Source: Alphaproteobacteria bacterium (GTDB lineage: Bacteria > Pseudomonadota > Alphaproteobacteria > JAPOUT01 > G958296285). Taken from it: a DNA stretch of 64,000 nucleotides. Positions 1 through 9,549 of the stretch are shown here, in pieces. A program made the position numbers and the translations under genes. Location: contig CBDBFH010000022.1 of the NCBI GenBank assembly GCA_965204775.1, positions 19,015-83,014 of the forward strand, written 5' to 3'. The notes under the pieces were generated by a model, which worked only from the letters and a program-made list of their open reading frames with translations, ran no database searches and was not told the DNA's origin. The first letter of the stretch is position 1. Each line of letters starts with the position of its first letter.

Positions 1-286
1 CTTCCTTCAGGCGACGTTTGGCGCGCTGCTTTTCGACTGCGGGCGACACCCCGTCCGCGATCGCCTTCTTCACCTCGATAAGCCGCTCGCGGGCTTGGGC
101 CAGCGTCAGTCCGGCCCGACCGTAGCGACCGAGCGTCAAGGTCTCTCGACGGCCGTTGAAGCGATAGTCGTAGCGGAATGAGATTGCGCCGCCCGTCGAG
201 ACATAGACGTACATGCCGTCCCTGTCGGTAATCTTGTAAGCCCTTGCTTTCGGACGCAAATTCTTCAGTGCGGTGTCGGTAAGCAC
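1..286 (-). CDS. P4-like tyrosine integrase, N-terminal arm-DNA-binding domain (partial, runs off the window)
   Basis: Not in the ORF track. Manual translation from GTG at 286 gives MLTDTALKNLRPKARAYKITDRDGMYVYVSTGGAISFRYDYRFNGRRETLTLGRYGRAGLTLAQARERL..., the typical P4 Int N-terminus. It lies directly downstream of guaA. Confidence 0.9.
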   Translation of the reverse strand, partial: MLTDTALKNLRPKARAYKITDRDGMYVYVSTGGAISFRYDYRFNGRRETLTLGRYGRAGLTLAQARERLIEVKKAIADGVSPAVEKQRAKRRLKE

Positions 287-588
287 GGTATAATCGCCTC
301 TGTCCGTCGATCCTCGAATTCGGTCACGCCGAGACGGTTTTTTCCTAGTTATCTCAACGACTTGCTGGGAATAAATACCGTCAGGGCGGGGCCCGATGTC
401 ACAACGGTATGAGCCCGAGTCCGCCAGATCAATGCAGCCGCGTACCGTCGCGCAGTCCGACAAAACGGAAAAAGACCCTCCGAATGGCTCCGAAGGGTCT
501 CGACAGAATTCACAATGTTGTCAGGCCTTTAGAGGCTGTTTCGGAAGCGATACCGAATGCTACCGAAGGGTCGGGACTATTCCCACTC
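1..588 (-). mobile_element. Left end (attL region) of an integrative element inserted at the guaA 3' end
   Basis: P4-type integrase 290 bp downstream of guaA; GAGTGGGA at 588-581 within the last guaA codons; repeated TACCG-containing motifs between 375 and 572. Confidence 0.7.
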
Positions 589-2139
589 GATCGTGCCCGG
601 CGGCTTCGACGTCACGTCGTACACCACGCGATTGACGCCGCGGACTTCGTTGATGATGCGGGTGGCGGTTTTGGCCAGGACGTCCCAGGGGAATTGGTAG
701 AAGTCGGCGGTCATGCCGTCGGTGGAGGTGACGGCGCGGAGGGCCAGGACTTTTTCGTAGGTGCGGGCGTCGCCCATGACGCCGACGGTCTTGACCGGCA
801 GAAGCACGGCGAAGGCCTGCCAGATGTCGTCGTAGAGGCCGGCCTTGCGGATTTCGTCGAGATAGATGGCGTCGGCCTGTTGCAGGGTCTCGACGGCGTC
901 GGGGGTGATCTCGCCGGGGATGCGGATGGCCAGGCCGGGTCCCGGGAACGGGTGGCGGCCGACGAAGGCGTCGCTCAGGCCCAGTTCGCGGCCCAGAGCG
1001 CGGACCTCGTCCTTGAACAGTTCGCGCAAGGGCTCGACCAGTTTCAGCTTCATATAGTCGGGCAGGCCGCCGACATTGTGGTGGCTCTTGATGACGTGGG
1101 CCTTGCCGCTGGACGAGGAGACGCTCTCGATCACGTCGGGATAGAGGGTGCCCTGGGCCAGGAATTCGGCGCCCTCGATCTTGGCGGACTCGCGGTCGAA
1201 CACCTCGATGAACAGGCGGCCGATGGTCTTGCGCTTGGTCTCCGGGTCCGAAATCCCGGCCAGTTCGCCCAGGAATTCCTTCGATGCATCAACATGCACC
1301 AGAGGGATGTTGTAGTGCTCTCGGAACAGGGTCGTGACCTGGGTCGCCTCGTCCTTGCGCAGCAGGCCGGTGTCGACGAACACGCAGGTCAGTTGGTCGC
1401 CGATGGCCTCGTGGATCAGCACGGCGGCGACCGAGGAGTCCACGCCGCCCGACAGGCCGCAGATCACCTTGGCGTCGCCGACCTGTTCGCGGATCTGGGC
1501 GATCTTTTCGTCGCGATAGGCGGCCATGGTCCAGTCGCCCTTCAAGCCCGCGATGCCGTGGGTGAAGTTCTTCAGCATCTGGTGGCCGCGCGGGGTGTGC
1601 ATCACCTCGGGGTGGAACTGCACGCCATAGAAGCGGCGGGTCTCGTCGGCGATCGCCGCATAGGGCGATCCGTCAGACGAGGCGACGACGTCGAAACCTT
1701 CCGGGATGGCGACGATCTTGTCGCCATGGCTCATCCAGACGGTTTCTTCCTCGCCGACCGGGGCCAGGCCGGCCAGCAGGGGCGAGGTTTTTTCGACCGT
1801 GATCTCGGCGCGGCCGAACTCGCGGGTGTGGCCGCCTTCGACCTTGCCGCCCAGCTGTTCGCACATCGTCATCTCGCCGTAGCAGATGCCCAGCACCGGC
1901 ACGCCCGCCTCGAACACGCCATGCGGCGCGCGGGGACTGCCTTCCTCGTGAACGCTTTCCGGCCCGCCCGACAGGATGATGGCCGCCGGGTTCATGGCGG
2001 CCAGGGCGGCCTCGGCCTTCTGGAACGGGTGGATCTCGCAATAGACGCTGGCCTCGCGCAGACGGCGCGCGATCAGTTGCGTCACCTGGCTGCCGAAATC
2101 GACGATGAGGACCTTTTGGTGGTCTTGCGGCGTGGTCAT
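577..2139 (-). CDS. guaA: GMP synthase (glutamine-hydrolysing), copy 1
   Basis: [30 protein letters not shown] and C-terminal KPPGTIEWE motifs. Confidence 0.98.
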   Translation of the reverse strand: MTTPQDHQKVLIVDFGSQVTQLIARRLREASVYCEIHPFQKAEAALAAMNPAAIILSGGPESVHEEGSPRAPHGVFEAGVPVLGICYGEMTMCEQLGGKVEGGHTREFGRAEITVEKTSPLLAGLAPVGEEETVWMSHGDKIVAIPEGFDVVASSDGSPYAAIADETRRFYGVQFHPEVMHTPRGHQMLKNFTHGIAGLKGDWTMAAYRDEKIAQIREQVGDAKVICGLSGGVDSSVAAVLIHEAIGDQLTCVFVDTGLLRKDEATQVTTLFREHYNIPLVHVDASKEFLGELAGISDPETKRKTIGRLFIEVFDRESAKIEGAEFLAQGTLYPDVIESVSSSSGKAHVIKSHHNVGGLPDYMKLKLVEPLRELFKDEVRALGRELGLSDAFVGRHPFPGPGLAIRIPGEITPDAVETLQQADAIYLDEIRKAGLYDDIWQAFAVLLPVKTVGVMGDARTYEKVLALRAVTSTDGMTADFYQFPWDVLAKTATRIINEVRGVNRVVYDVTSKPPGTIEWE

Positions 2140-2843
2140 GGCGTGATCGAATCCGGGGCGGGAAGTTGCGCGGGGTCTTGGCCGGGTAAGGCCGAAAGTT
2201 CAAGGGCGGCGAGGCCGTCGGCCTCAAGTACCGCGATCAGGCGATCCAGCGCGATGGCCATATTCCGGTCGACGTGATCCAGGGCGGAGGTCCAGTCCTC
2301 CAGCGCCTTCAGCTCGGCGCGGCCGTCCGATACGCCGCGCAGGGCGATCAGCGGCAGGCCGAACGTCTGGGCGGCGCGGACCAGGGCCCAGGTCTCCATG
2401 TCCACCATCTCGGCGTCGATGGCGTCATAGGCGGCGCCGGACACGACATTGCCGCCCGTCGACAGGCGCGCGACCGGCACGCCGGGTATCGGGCACGGCA
2501 GGGGCAGGACCGCAGGCTGGTCCAGCAGCGGCGTCACGCCCTTGGGAAAGCCCAGCGGGCTGGCGTCCATGTCGCGGTAGGCGACCGATGAGGCCTGATA
2601 GACGACGGCGTGCTCCAGCACCCGGGATCCGCACGACCCCAGCGACACGATCAGGTCCGGCAGGTCGCCCGCCGCCTCCAGCCGCGCCAGGGCGGTGCTC
2701 AGCACCACCGCCGCCTCGACAGGACCGATGCCGGTCATCAGGGGCTGGATGCGGGCGCGCAGGTCTTCGCCGTATTCGGCCGGGGCCGCCATGACGCACA
2801 GGACCGAGACGTCGCCGTATCGCTCCTGGCGTCCCGTCCTCAC
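2136..2843 (-). CDS. 5'-methylthioadenosine/S-adenosylhomocysteine nucleosidase (PNP/UDP family)
   Basis: [23 protein letters not shown] and RGVSDG motifs; 4-bp overlaps with both neighbours. Confidence 0.85.
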   Translation of the reverse strand: MRTGRQERYGDVSVLCVMAAPAEYGEDLRARIQPLMTGIGPVEAAVVLSTALARLEAAGDLPDLIVSLGSCGSRVLEHAVVYQASSVAYRDMDASPLGFPKGVTPLLDQPAVLPLPCPIPGVPVARLSTGGNVVSGAAYDAIDAEMVDMETWALVRAAQTFGLPLIALRGVSDGRAELKALEDWTSALDHVDRNMAIALDRLIAVLEADGLAALELSALPGQDPAQLPAPDSITP

Positions 2844-4141
2844 GCGGTGCGCTCGTAAACGGCGGCGAAGAAGCCGTCGGTGTCGGCGGACGCCGGCGAC
2901 AGTCGCAGGCGCGCGCCGTCAGCCAGTTCGGCGAACTTCGAGCGCGCCGCATCGGTCAGTTGACCCGCCGCCAGAAGCTCGGCGACGGCGACCGGACGGA
3001 ACTCGCTGTTGGCGGCCTCAAAGGCGTCCACGCTGGCCTCGTTCTCACGCGCCAGCATCGAGCAGGTCACATAAACCAGTCGTCCGCCCGGTTTCACCAG
3101 CTTGGCCGCCTGACCCAGGATGCGGACCTGCAGGCCGTGCAGCTTCTCGACCTCTTCCGCCGTCAGACGCCAGGCGTCCTCGGGGCGACGACGCCAGGTG
3201 CCGGAACCCGAACAGGGCGCATCGACGAAGACCAGATCGGCCTGACCGTTCAGGTCCTCCAGACCGCCGCCGTTCTGACCGATCAGGACCAGATCGGCCT
3301 CGACGCCCGCGCGTTGCAGACGGGGGCGGATGTTCTCAAGACGCTTGTTCACGACATCGGAGGCCACCAGCTTGCCCTGCCCGCCCATGGCCTGGGCCAG
3401 ACCCAGGGTCTTGCCGCCGCCGCCCGCGCAGTAGTCCACCACCGTCGCGCCCGGTTCGGCGCCCGCCAGCCAGCAGACGACTTGGCTGCCTTCGTCCTGA
3501 ATCTCGAACTTGCCGGCCTTGAAGCCTTCCATCGCCTGGATGTTGGGCGGCGGCTCGGACGGCACGCGCAGACCCCATTCGGACCAGGGCGTGCGCGACA
3601 CGTCCAGACCGGCCTCGCGCAGTTCGGTCTCGACCTCTTGCACCGTCGCGACGGCGCCGTTGACGCGCAGGTCGATGGGCGCGCGGGGCGCCATCAGGGC
3701 GTGGGCTTCCCCGGCCCAGCGCTCGCCGAAGACAGCCTTGAAATCTTCGACCACGAACTCGGGCAGACCGGCGGCGACCCAGCCGGGCAGTTCGCCCTGC
3801 CCGGCCGTGATGCGGCTGCGCTCCTGTTTCGACAGCGGACGCGGCCCATAGCCGTCGCCCGAATGCAGGGCCTCGATCTCTTCCAGCGGCAGGCCGTCGA
3901 TGGCGTGCAGCGAGCCGATGACCAGGGCGCGCCCATCCTCGCGACCGCCCATGATCCACGACAGGCGGCCGCGCGCGCGCAGCACCTTGTAGACGCGGTC
4001 GGCGATGGCGCGACGATCCTTGGACCCGGCGTAGCGGTTGGCGGTCCCCCAGGCCTTCATCACGGCCTCGGCCGGTTGGCGGCCCTGGGCGATGGAATCC
4101 AGGACGGAGGCGGCGGCGGCGAGGCGGGCGGCTGGGGTCAA
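2840..4141 (-). CDS. RsmB/NOP family m5C RNA methyltransferase
   Basis: IQDEGSQ, DYCAGGGGKT, VDAPCSGSGTWRR, YVTCS, DGFF. Confidence 0.95.
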   Translation of the reverse strand: MTPAARLAAAASVLDSIAQGRQPAEAVMKAWGTANRYAGSKDRRAIADRVYKVLRARGRLSWIMGGREDGRALVIGSLHAIDGLPLEEIEALHSGDGYGPRPLSKQERSRITAGQGELPGWVAAGLPEFVVEDFKAVFGERWAGEAHALMAPRAPIDLRVNGAVATVQEVETELREAGLDVSRTPWSEWGLRVPSEPPPNIQAMEGFKAGKFEIQDEGSQVVCWLAGAEPGATVVDYCAGGGGKTLGLAQAMGGQGKLVASDVVNKRLENIRPRLQRAGVEADLVLIGQNGGGLEDLNGQADLVFVDAPCSGSGTWRRRPEDAWRLTAEEVEKLHGLQVRILGQAAKLVKPGGRLVYVTCSMLARENEASVDAFEAANSEFRPVAVAELLAAGQLTDAARSKFAELADGARLRLSPASADTDGFFAAVYERTA

Positions 4142-4142
4142 G

Positions 4143-4544
4143 TCAGGCTTTCAGGAAAAACAGGGACGCCAGCACCATGACCAGTCCCGCAAGCGAGACC
4201 AGCCAGACCAGCGACCGAACATAGGGAACGCCAAAGGCGTAAAGCGGCACATAGACGACGCGCGCCCAGAAATAGAGCGCCGTCCCCCACAGTGTCAGGG
4301 GGCTTTCCGCCCCGCTCACATGGGCGATCAGCACGGCGCCGATGAACAGCGGCAGGGTCTCATACAGATTGGCCTGGGCGCGTTCCAGACGGCCGGTCAG
4401 CGGGCGCGTCGCCGCCGGCGTCGTGTCGCGCGCGCCCGCATTCCATTTCGAACCGAACTCGACCGTCCGCGCCCCTGCCGGCAGGAAGACCTGCACCAGC
4501 GCCAGGATCAGCGTCAGGGCCAGATAGGTCAGTTCGGTCGTCAT
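4143..4544 (-). CDS. MAPEG family membrane protein
   Basis: 133 aa, four hydrophobic segments, RLERAQANLYE and ARVVY motifs. Confidence 0.85.
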   Translation of the reverse strand: MTTELTYLALTLILALVQVFLPAGARTVEFGSKWNAGARDTTPAATRPLTGRLERAQANLYETLPLFIGAVLIAHVSGAESPLTLWGTALYFWARVVYVPLYAFGVPYVRSLVWLVSLAGLVMVLASLFFLKA

Positions 4545-4548
4545 GGCC

Positions 4549-5344
<796 letters not shown>

Positions 5345-5370
5345 GGGGCTTCCGCCTTGTGCTGGGAACT

Positions 5371-5595
5371 TCAGCAACAATCGGTATCGCCATCCGTCCG
5401 GTCAGGCAAGACCCCGGCGGCGGCCTCCTTCAGGGGCAGGCGCACCTCAAAGGGCAGGCCGTTTTGCAGAACCGACTGGCGGTAAAAAACCGCTATCGCC
5501 TGCGAGGCGCTCAAGCCCAGCGACTTGAAAACACTCTCGGCGGCCTGTTTGAGTTCCGGCTCGATCCGGGTGCAGATCATCGCGCTCTTGGTCAT
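5371..5595 (-). CDS. RelB/DinJ family antitoxin (orphan)
   Basis: 74 aa MTKSAMICTRIEPELKQAAESVFKSLGLSASQAIAVFYRQSVLQNGLPFEVRLP, a ribbon-helix-helix pattern with GLPF motif; this is the C-terminal part of ORF 5371..6285; GGAG-type RBS upstream. Confidence 0.85.
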   Translation of the reverse strand: MTKSAMICTRIEPELKQAAESVFKSLGLSASQAIAVFYRQSVLQNGLPFEVRLPLKEAAAGVLPDRTDGDTDCC

Positions 5596-5629
5596 GGGGG
5601 AGACTCCTCTGTATGTCCTTTGTATATAT

Positions 5630-5642
5630 AATGTAATACATT
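5630..5642. promoter_or_regulatory. Palindromic operator candidate AATGTA-A-TACATT
   Basis: Perfect 6-bp inverted repeat in the AT-rich divergent intergenic region upstream of the antitoxin; resembles RHH antitoxin operators. Confidence 0.5.
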
Positions 5643-5697
5643 TTGTCAGAGAAGTCAAGTGGTAAAATGACTTTTTCAGATCAGGGGAAGAAGCCGA

Positions 5698-6570
5698 ATG
5701 CCGGAAAAAATCCATCACGAAGCGGTCAAGGCAGGCAACAGCGCCGTGGTCACCGGAGGCGCGAGCGGCATTGGGCTGGCGGCGGCGCAGCGGTTTGCGC
5801 AGGCGGGGATGAATGTCCTGATTGCCGACCGGGATCAGGAGGGTCTGGAGGCGGGGCTGCAATCCCTGCGCCGGGCGGCGTCCGGCTCCGGCGAAGTCCA
5901 TTCCATGCTGTGCGATGTTTCTCAGGAGGATCAGGTTCGGGGTCTGGCGGATTTCGCCTTCGGCAAATTTTCGGGCGTCTCGGTCCTGATGAACAATGCC
6001 GGGGCCGCAATCATGGATGCGGGCAAGCCGTGGGAAAATGTTGCGCGCTGGCGCAAGCAGCTGGAGGTCAATCTGTGGGGCGTCATTTACGGCGTGCAGG
6101 CTTTCGTGCCGGCGATGATCGAGCAGGGCGGGGCGGGCGCCGTCATCAACACGGGTTCGAAGCAGGGGATTACGCGTCCGCCGGGCAATGCGGCCTATAA
6201 TCTTTCCAAGGCCGGGGTGATCGCCTTCACGGAATCTTTGGCCCATGAGCTGCGCCAGCTGAAAGACTGCCGCCTGTCGGCGCATCTGCTGGTTCCCGGC
6301 CTGACCTATACGGGCATGATCGCACGCTTTCTGCCGAAGAAGCCGCCTGCGGCCTGGACATCGGAGCAGGTCGCCGATTTTATGCTGGAGCGTCTTGGGC
6401 GGGGGGACTTCTATATTTTATGCCCGGACAATGACGTAAGCCGGGCCGTGGACGAGCGCCGGATCCGGTGGCATGCCGACGACATGATCCAGAACCGCCC
6501 GGCGCTTTCCCGGTGGCATGAAGACTACGCGGAGGAATTCAAGCGGTTCATGCAATCTGCGAACCGGTGA
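5698..6570 (+). CDS. Short-chain dehydrogenase/reductase
   Basis: TGGASGIG, NNAG, YNLSK. Confidence 0.93.
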   Translation: MPEKIHHEAVKAGNSAVVTGGASGIGLAAAQRFAQAGMNVLIADRDQEGLEAGLQSLRRAASGSGEVHSMLCDVSQEDQVRGLADFAFGKFSGVSVLMNNAGAAIMDAGKPWENVARWRKQLEVNLWGVIYGVQAFVPAMIEQGGAGAVINTGSKQGITRPPGNAAYNLSKAGVIAFTESLAHELRQLKDCRLSAHLLVPGLTYTGMIARFLPKKPPAAWTSEQVADFMLERLGRGDFYILCPDNDVSRAVDERRIRWHADDMIQNRPALSRWHEDYAEEFKRFMQSANR

Positions 6571-6599
6571 GCGTCTGCTCCGCTTCGTGGTCAAGCAGC

Positions 6600-6628
6600 T
6601 TGCCGGGCAAGTATGATTATTGTATGAT
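6600..6628 (+). promoter_or_regulatory. Sigma70-like promoter for the MaoC pair
   Basis: TTGCCG(6600-6605)-N17-TATGAT(6623-6628); GTATGAT is repeated with 11-bp period. Confidence 0.45.
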
Positions 6629-6675
6629 CTATGACAGACCGCTAAAATAGAAACGGCTAAACAGGGGGGACGATC

Positions 6676-7230
6676 ATGGGCCAGCAGGTCAAAGTCCAGG
6701 ATTTCATCCAGACGAAAAAGCAGAAGGAATTTGAGAACGATTTCTTCAAAAATGCCGCCAAATTCGAAAGATGGGAAGACATTGACGATGAAGGCTGGGT
6801 AGACGGTAAAATTGTCTTTGAGGTTGAGCTCGAAGACATTTTGAGTTTTTCACGAGGCGTCCTGGACGATAACCCGCTATTCAGCGATCCGGAGGCGGCC
6901 AAGGACGGACCCTTCGGGGGGATCATCGCACATCCGCTGTTTATGACGCCGATTGTTTTTTGGTCAACCGGCAAGGATGGTCCGGGCAGCTGGATCAAGA
7001 CTCCCGGCGCGATCAACCCGGGCCAGGAGATTGAATACGGCGTCCCTATCAGGCCGGGCGACAAGATTCGCAACCGCTCGCGCTTCTATGACAAGTACAT
7101 CAAGCGCGGCAAACGCTACCTGTTGTTTGAGACTCACTATCTGAATCAGAAGGACGAAATCGTCTACAAAGTGCGCGGCGGTTTAATTTTACCGGTCTCG
7201 ACAGGCAGTGAAGCGCATCAATTTTTGTGA
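6676..7230 (+). CDS. MaoC-like (hot-dog) dehydratase subunit, N-terminal/FAS1-type
   Basis: DDNPLFSDPEAAKDGPFGGIIAHP, GQEIEYGVPIRPGD, NQKDE. Confidence 0.8.
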   Translation: MGQQVKVQDFIQTKKQKEFENDFFKNAAKFERWEDIDDEGWVDGKIVFEVELEDILSFSRGVLDDNPLFSDPEAAKDGPFGGIIAHPLFMTPIVFWSTGKDGPGSWIKTPGAINPGQEIEYGVPIRPGDKIRNRSRFYDKYIKRGKRYLLFETHYLNQKDEIVYKVRGGLILPVSTGSEAHQFL

Positions 7231-7289
7231 GTTCATGCGATCATCAGCCGACATTCGCAGACCGCCAAACCGGGAGGATTTTTGGGAAA

Positions 7290-7742
7290 ATGACAGAGTT
7301 GCACTTTGATGAAGTCGAATTAGGCTTCGAGTTGCCGCCAATCGTCAAAAAGATCGATCAGGAATTGATTACGCGCAATGCGGTGGCGTCGCTTGACTTC
7401 AATCCGATTCATACCGACCCTGAATGGGCGAAGAAAGTCAACCTGCTGGGGCGGGGAACGACGATTGTGCACGGCTTGTGCACATTTTCCTTTATGGCGT
7501 CGGTCGTGACCGACTGGTGTTATGCGCGCGGCGGTTATATCAAGGCAATGGAGAGCAAGTTTATTTCGCCGGTGCGTCCGGGAGACACGTTGACCTGCAA
7601 GGGGGTTGTGACAGAGCTTCACCCGCGAGTGCGGACGGTTCCGTTTGTGGTGGTCAAACTGACGGCGGAAAAGCAGGACGGGGAGGTCGCGGCGATTGTC
7701 CATGCGAAGGTTTCGCTCCCGGTCAAGCCGTCAAGCGGTTGA
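7290..7742 (+). CDS. MaoC family (R)-specific enoyl-CoA hydratase/dehydratase
   Basis: Hydratase-2 motif SLDFNPIHTD, IVHG, FISPVRPGDTL; ATG at 7290 after GGAGG. Confidence 0.88.
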   Translation: MTELHFDEVELGFELPPIVKKIDQELITRNAVASLDFNPIHTDPEWAKKVNLLGRGTTIVHGLCTFSFMASVVTDWCYARGGYIKAMESKFISPVRPGDTLTCKGVVTELHPRVRTVPFVVVKLTAEKQDGEVAAIVHAKVSLPVKPSSG

Positions 7743-7777
7743 GAGTGTCATTGTCATCACCGGCAAGGATCAGCCTT

Positions 7778-8605
7778 TCACTTTGATCTTGCGTTTAAGG
7801 GTGGCGAAGCGGTTAATGTGGGGTGTGCTCCGTCTAATGTAAGCTGGTGGCTTTTCTGCCGACCGCCGCTTTTCTTTTGCTTCTGCAATAGCGCTACCCT
7901 CTCCTCTATTTTTTGGAATACGGAACCCATATTCGCTCGCCCTGTAATGCGGCTTTTCATTAACCTTGTTGCTCCTTTTGCCAAGAGGGTGCGGTTGCCC
8001 ATTGTCGTTTCGCCTTCCTCCCCGTAAACGAGCGCATATAAGGGGACATCCAGCTCGAGGCTGGTTTTTCCGGCACTGATCGTGCCTCCCTTCTCCCGCG
8101 CCTCTATGAGGATCATGGCGTCCGACAGACGAATGATGAGTTCGTTGCGCTGCATGGCCCTTCCGGCGCGCCAGATCGCCTCGTTGGGAAATTGGCTCAA
8201 CACAAGCACTCGATCCCAGTCCCAATGCTCCTTTATCTCGGCCCGGATGCGGAAGTGATCCAACCCTTGGGGCAAGACAGCAATAGTTCCCCCTCCCTCC
8301 TTCAGGGCCGTCTGATGGACGAGACTGTCGATCCCTCTCGCATAACCGGAAACAATCGTCAGGCCTTTCTCCACGGCCTGCCGGGCGCAGTCAACCGCAG
8401 CGCCAAGCCCTTTTTCCGAAGCATCGCGCGAACCACAGAAGCCGAGAGTTTTTTCCTTGAGAAGATCCTGGTTCCCGATATAGTGAATTCGAGATAGGGC
8501 TTTGCTTCTTGTCCCGCTGCGCAATTTAGAGGGGTAAAGAGGGTCAGCCCGTTCCAGCACTCCCCCGTCTTGCCATGCCTTGCAGATTTTTTCAGCTTGG
8601 CGCAT
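7778..8605 (-). CDS. DprA/Smf (SLOG Rossmann fold) protein, ShosA-like
   Basis: GFCGSRDAS, IVSGYARGIDS, TIAVLPQG, QRNELI, IEAREKGGT; no obvious N-terminal SAM domain. Confidence 0.9.
   Translation of the reverse strand: MRQAEKICKAWQDGGVLERADPLYPSKLRSGTRSKALSRIHYIGNQDLLKEKTLGFCGSRDASEKGLGAAVDCARQAVEKGLTIVSGYARGIDSLVHQTALKEGGGTIAVLPQGLDHFRIRAEIKEHWDWDRVLVLSQFPNEAIWRAGRAMQRNELIIRLSDAMILIEAREKGGTISAGKTSLELDVPLYALVYGEEGETTMGNRTLLAKGATRLMKSRITGRANMGSVFQKIEERVALLQKQKKSGGRQKSHQLTLDGAHPTLTASPPLNARSK
7791..7814. repeat. Direct repeat copy A (displaced 3' end of the MNT-HEPN gene)
   Basis: gcgtttaagggtggcgaagcggtt, 23/24 identical to 9565-9588; the minus strand reads NRFATLKRKIKVKG*. Confidence 0.85.
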
Positions 8606-9536
8606 GATCCCCGCCCGCGCTCTCCTGCGCGCTAAAATTATCCCGGTCTCTTCTTGTTTTCACCAAGCATAGCCCGTAAACGAGCCTGACGCCCTTTTGC
8701 TGCAGCTTCCATGCCACATAATTGGCCGTCGCTCCAGATTGATACTTATCATCCAGCAATATCACGGATTTTCCCTTCAGGGAATCACTGTTTATGATCA
8801 AATTTTTCTCATTCAAAACCCTCAATCTCTCCTGGAATGGTGTATTTTTCATTGATGGTCCCGATTTTGTGAAGGATAGGGCCGGGCAGCATGGTTTTTC
8901 AATTTGGTCTGAGACGATTTGCGCAACCTGCAAGGGTAAATTATAATCCTTACCCGGTGTGGTGGGGGCGGGGATAACCAGATCAGCTTCCTGATAAAAA
9001 GGCAGTCCCTTGATCCTGCGCGCCGCCAGTCCGGCCAATCTTTCAACTGCGCCAGCATCTTCTTCATATTTAGCCCTGTATTCCAATTTACCTATTGGGG
9101 TGCGTTCTGACTTGGTTCCCGCAAAATTCTCCCCCAAGGCAATCGACAATGAGAGCAGGTCACGCAAGAAAACGAGCGTGCCGCACTCTTCCATCCATCT
9201 CTTGATTAGATCATATTCTTTTTTCTTTTCCGGCTCTATTCCGTGCCATATGCTTAATCCCGATCCTCTTGGGGGGAAAAGTTGCAAACCTGTTTGCCGC
9301 TCGAAAATATACCTCACCGTATTCGGAAAGGGGAGACTGAAAGCCCATTGAAATTTTCCTCCGTAATCCCGCAAAGCATTCTTGTGCGTTGTGGCGAAGC
9401 ATATGCGATGCGCCGTTCCACCGGCGTTTGATTCGCGCTCTCTCATGAAATCTTCCAACCTTTCAAGGGTTATGGAAAGATAGGGTGGGGGCGTAGTCTC
9501 GCCCATCCGCCAGCTAAGAATATCGTTCAGGCTCAT
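8592..9536 (-). CDS. ComF-like phosphoribosyltransferase with uncharacterised N-terminal domain, ShosT-like toxin candidate
   Basis: PRPP loop VILLDDKYQSGAT, RTPIGKLEYRAKY, VYGLCLVKT; 14-bp overlap with the DprA gene; low GC. Confidence 0.8.
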   Translation of the reverse strand: MSLNDILSWRMGETTPPPYLSITLERLEDFMRERESNAGGTAHRICFATTHKNALRDYGGKFQWAFSLPFPNTVRYIFERQTGLQLFPPRGSGLSIWHGIEPEKKKEYDLIKRWMEECGTLVFLRDLLSLSIALGENFAGTKSERTPIGKLEYRAKYEEDAGAVERLAGLAARRIKGLPFYQEADLVIPAPTTPGKDYNLPLQVAQIVSDQIEKPCCPALSFTKSGPSMKNTPFQERLRVLNEKNLIINSDSLKGKSVILLDDKYQSGATANYVAWKLQQKGVRLVYGLCLVKTRRDRDNFSAQESAGGDHAPS

Positions 9537-9549
9537 TTTTCGCTCTTTT

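Noticed and set aside
409-2277. Long antisense ORFs (also 14087..16651, 24949..27000, 38539..40593, 40839..42851, 56327..58264 and others)
   Set aside because: Shadow ORFs opposite well-supported genes, expected at high GC.
7770-8225. 151-aa ORF overlapping dprA
   Set aside because: Alternative frame of dprA; only its last ~14 codons are meaningful, as the displaced HEPN tail.
7778-9536. Natural competence dprA/comF locus
   Set aside because: Low GC, island location, no ComF zinc-finger N-terminus and no DprA SAM domain fit a defence-type pair better.
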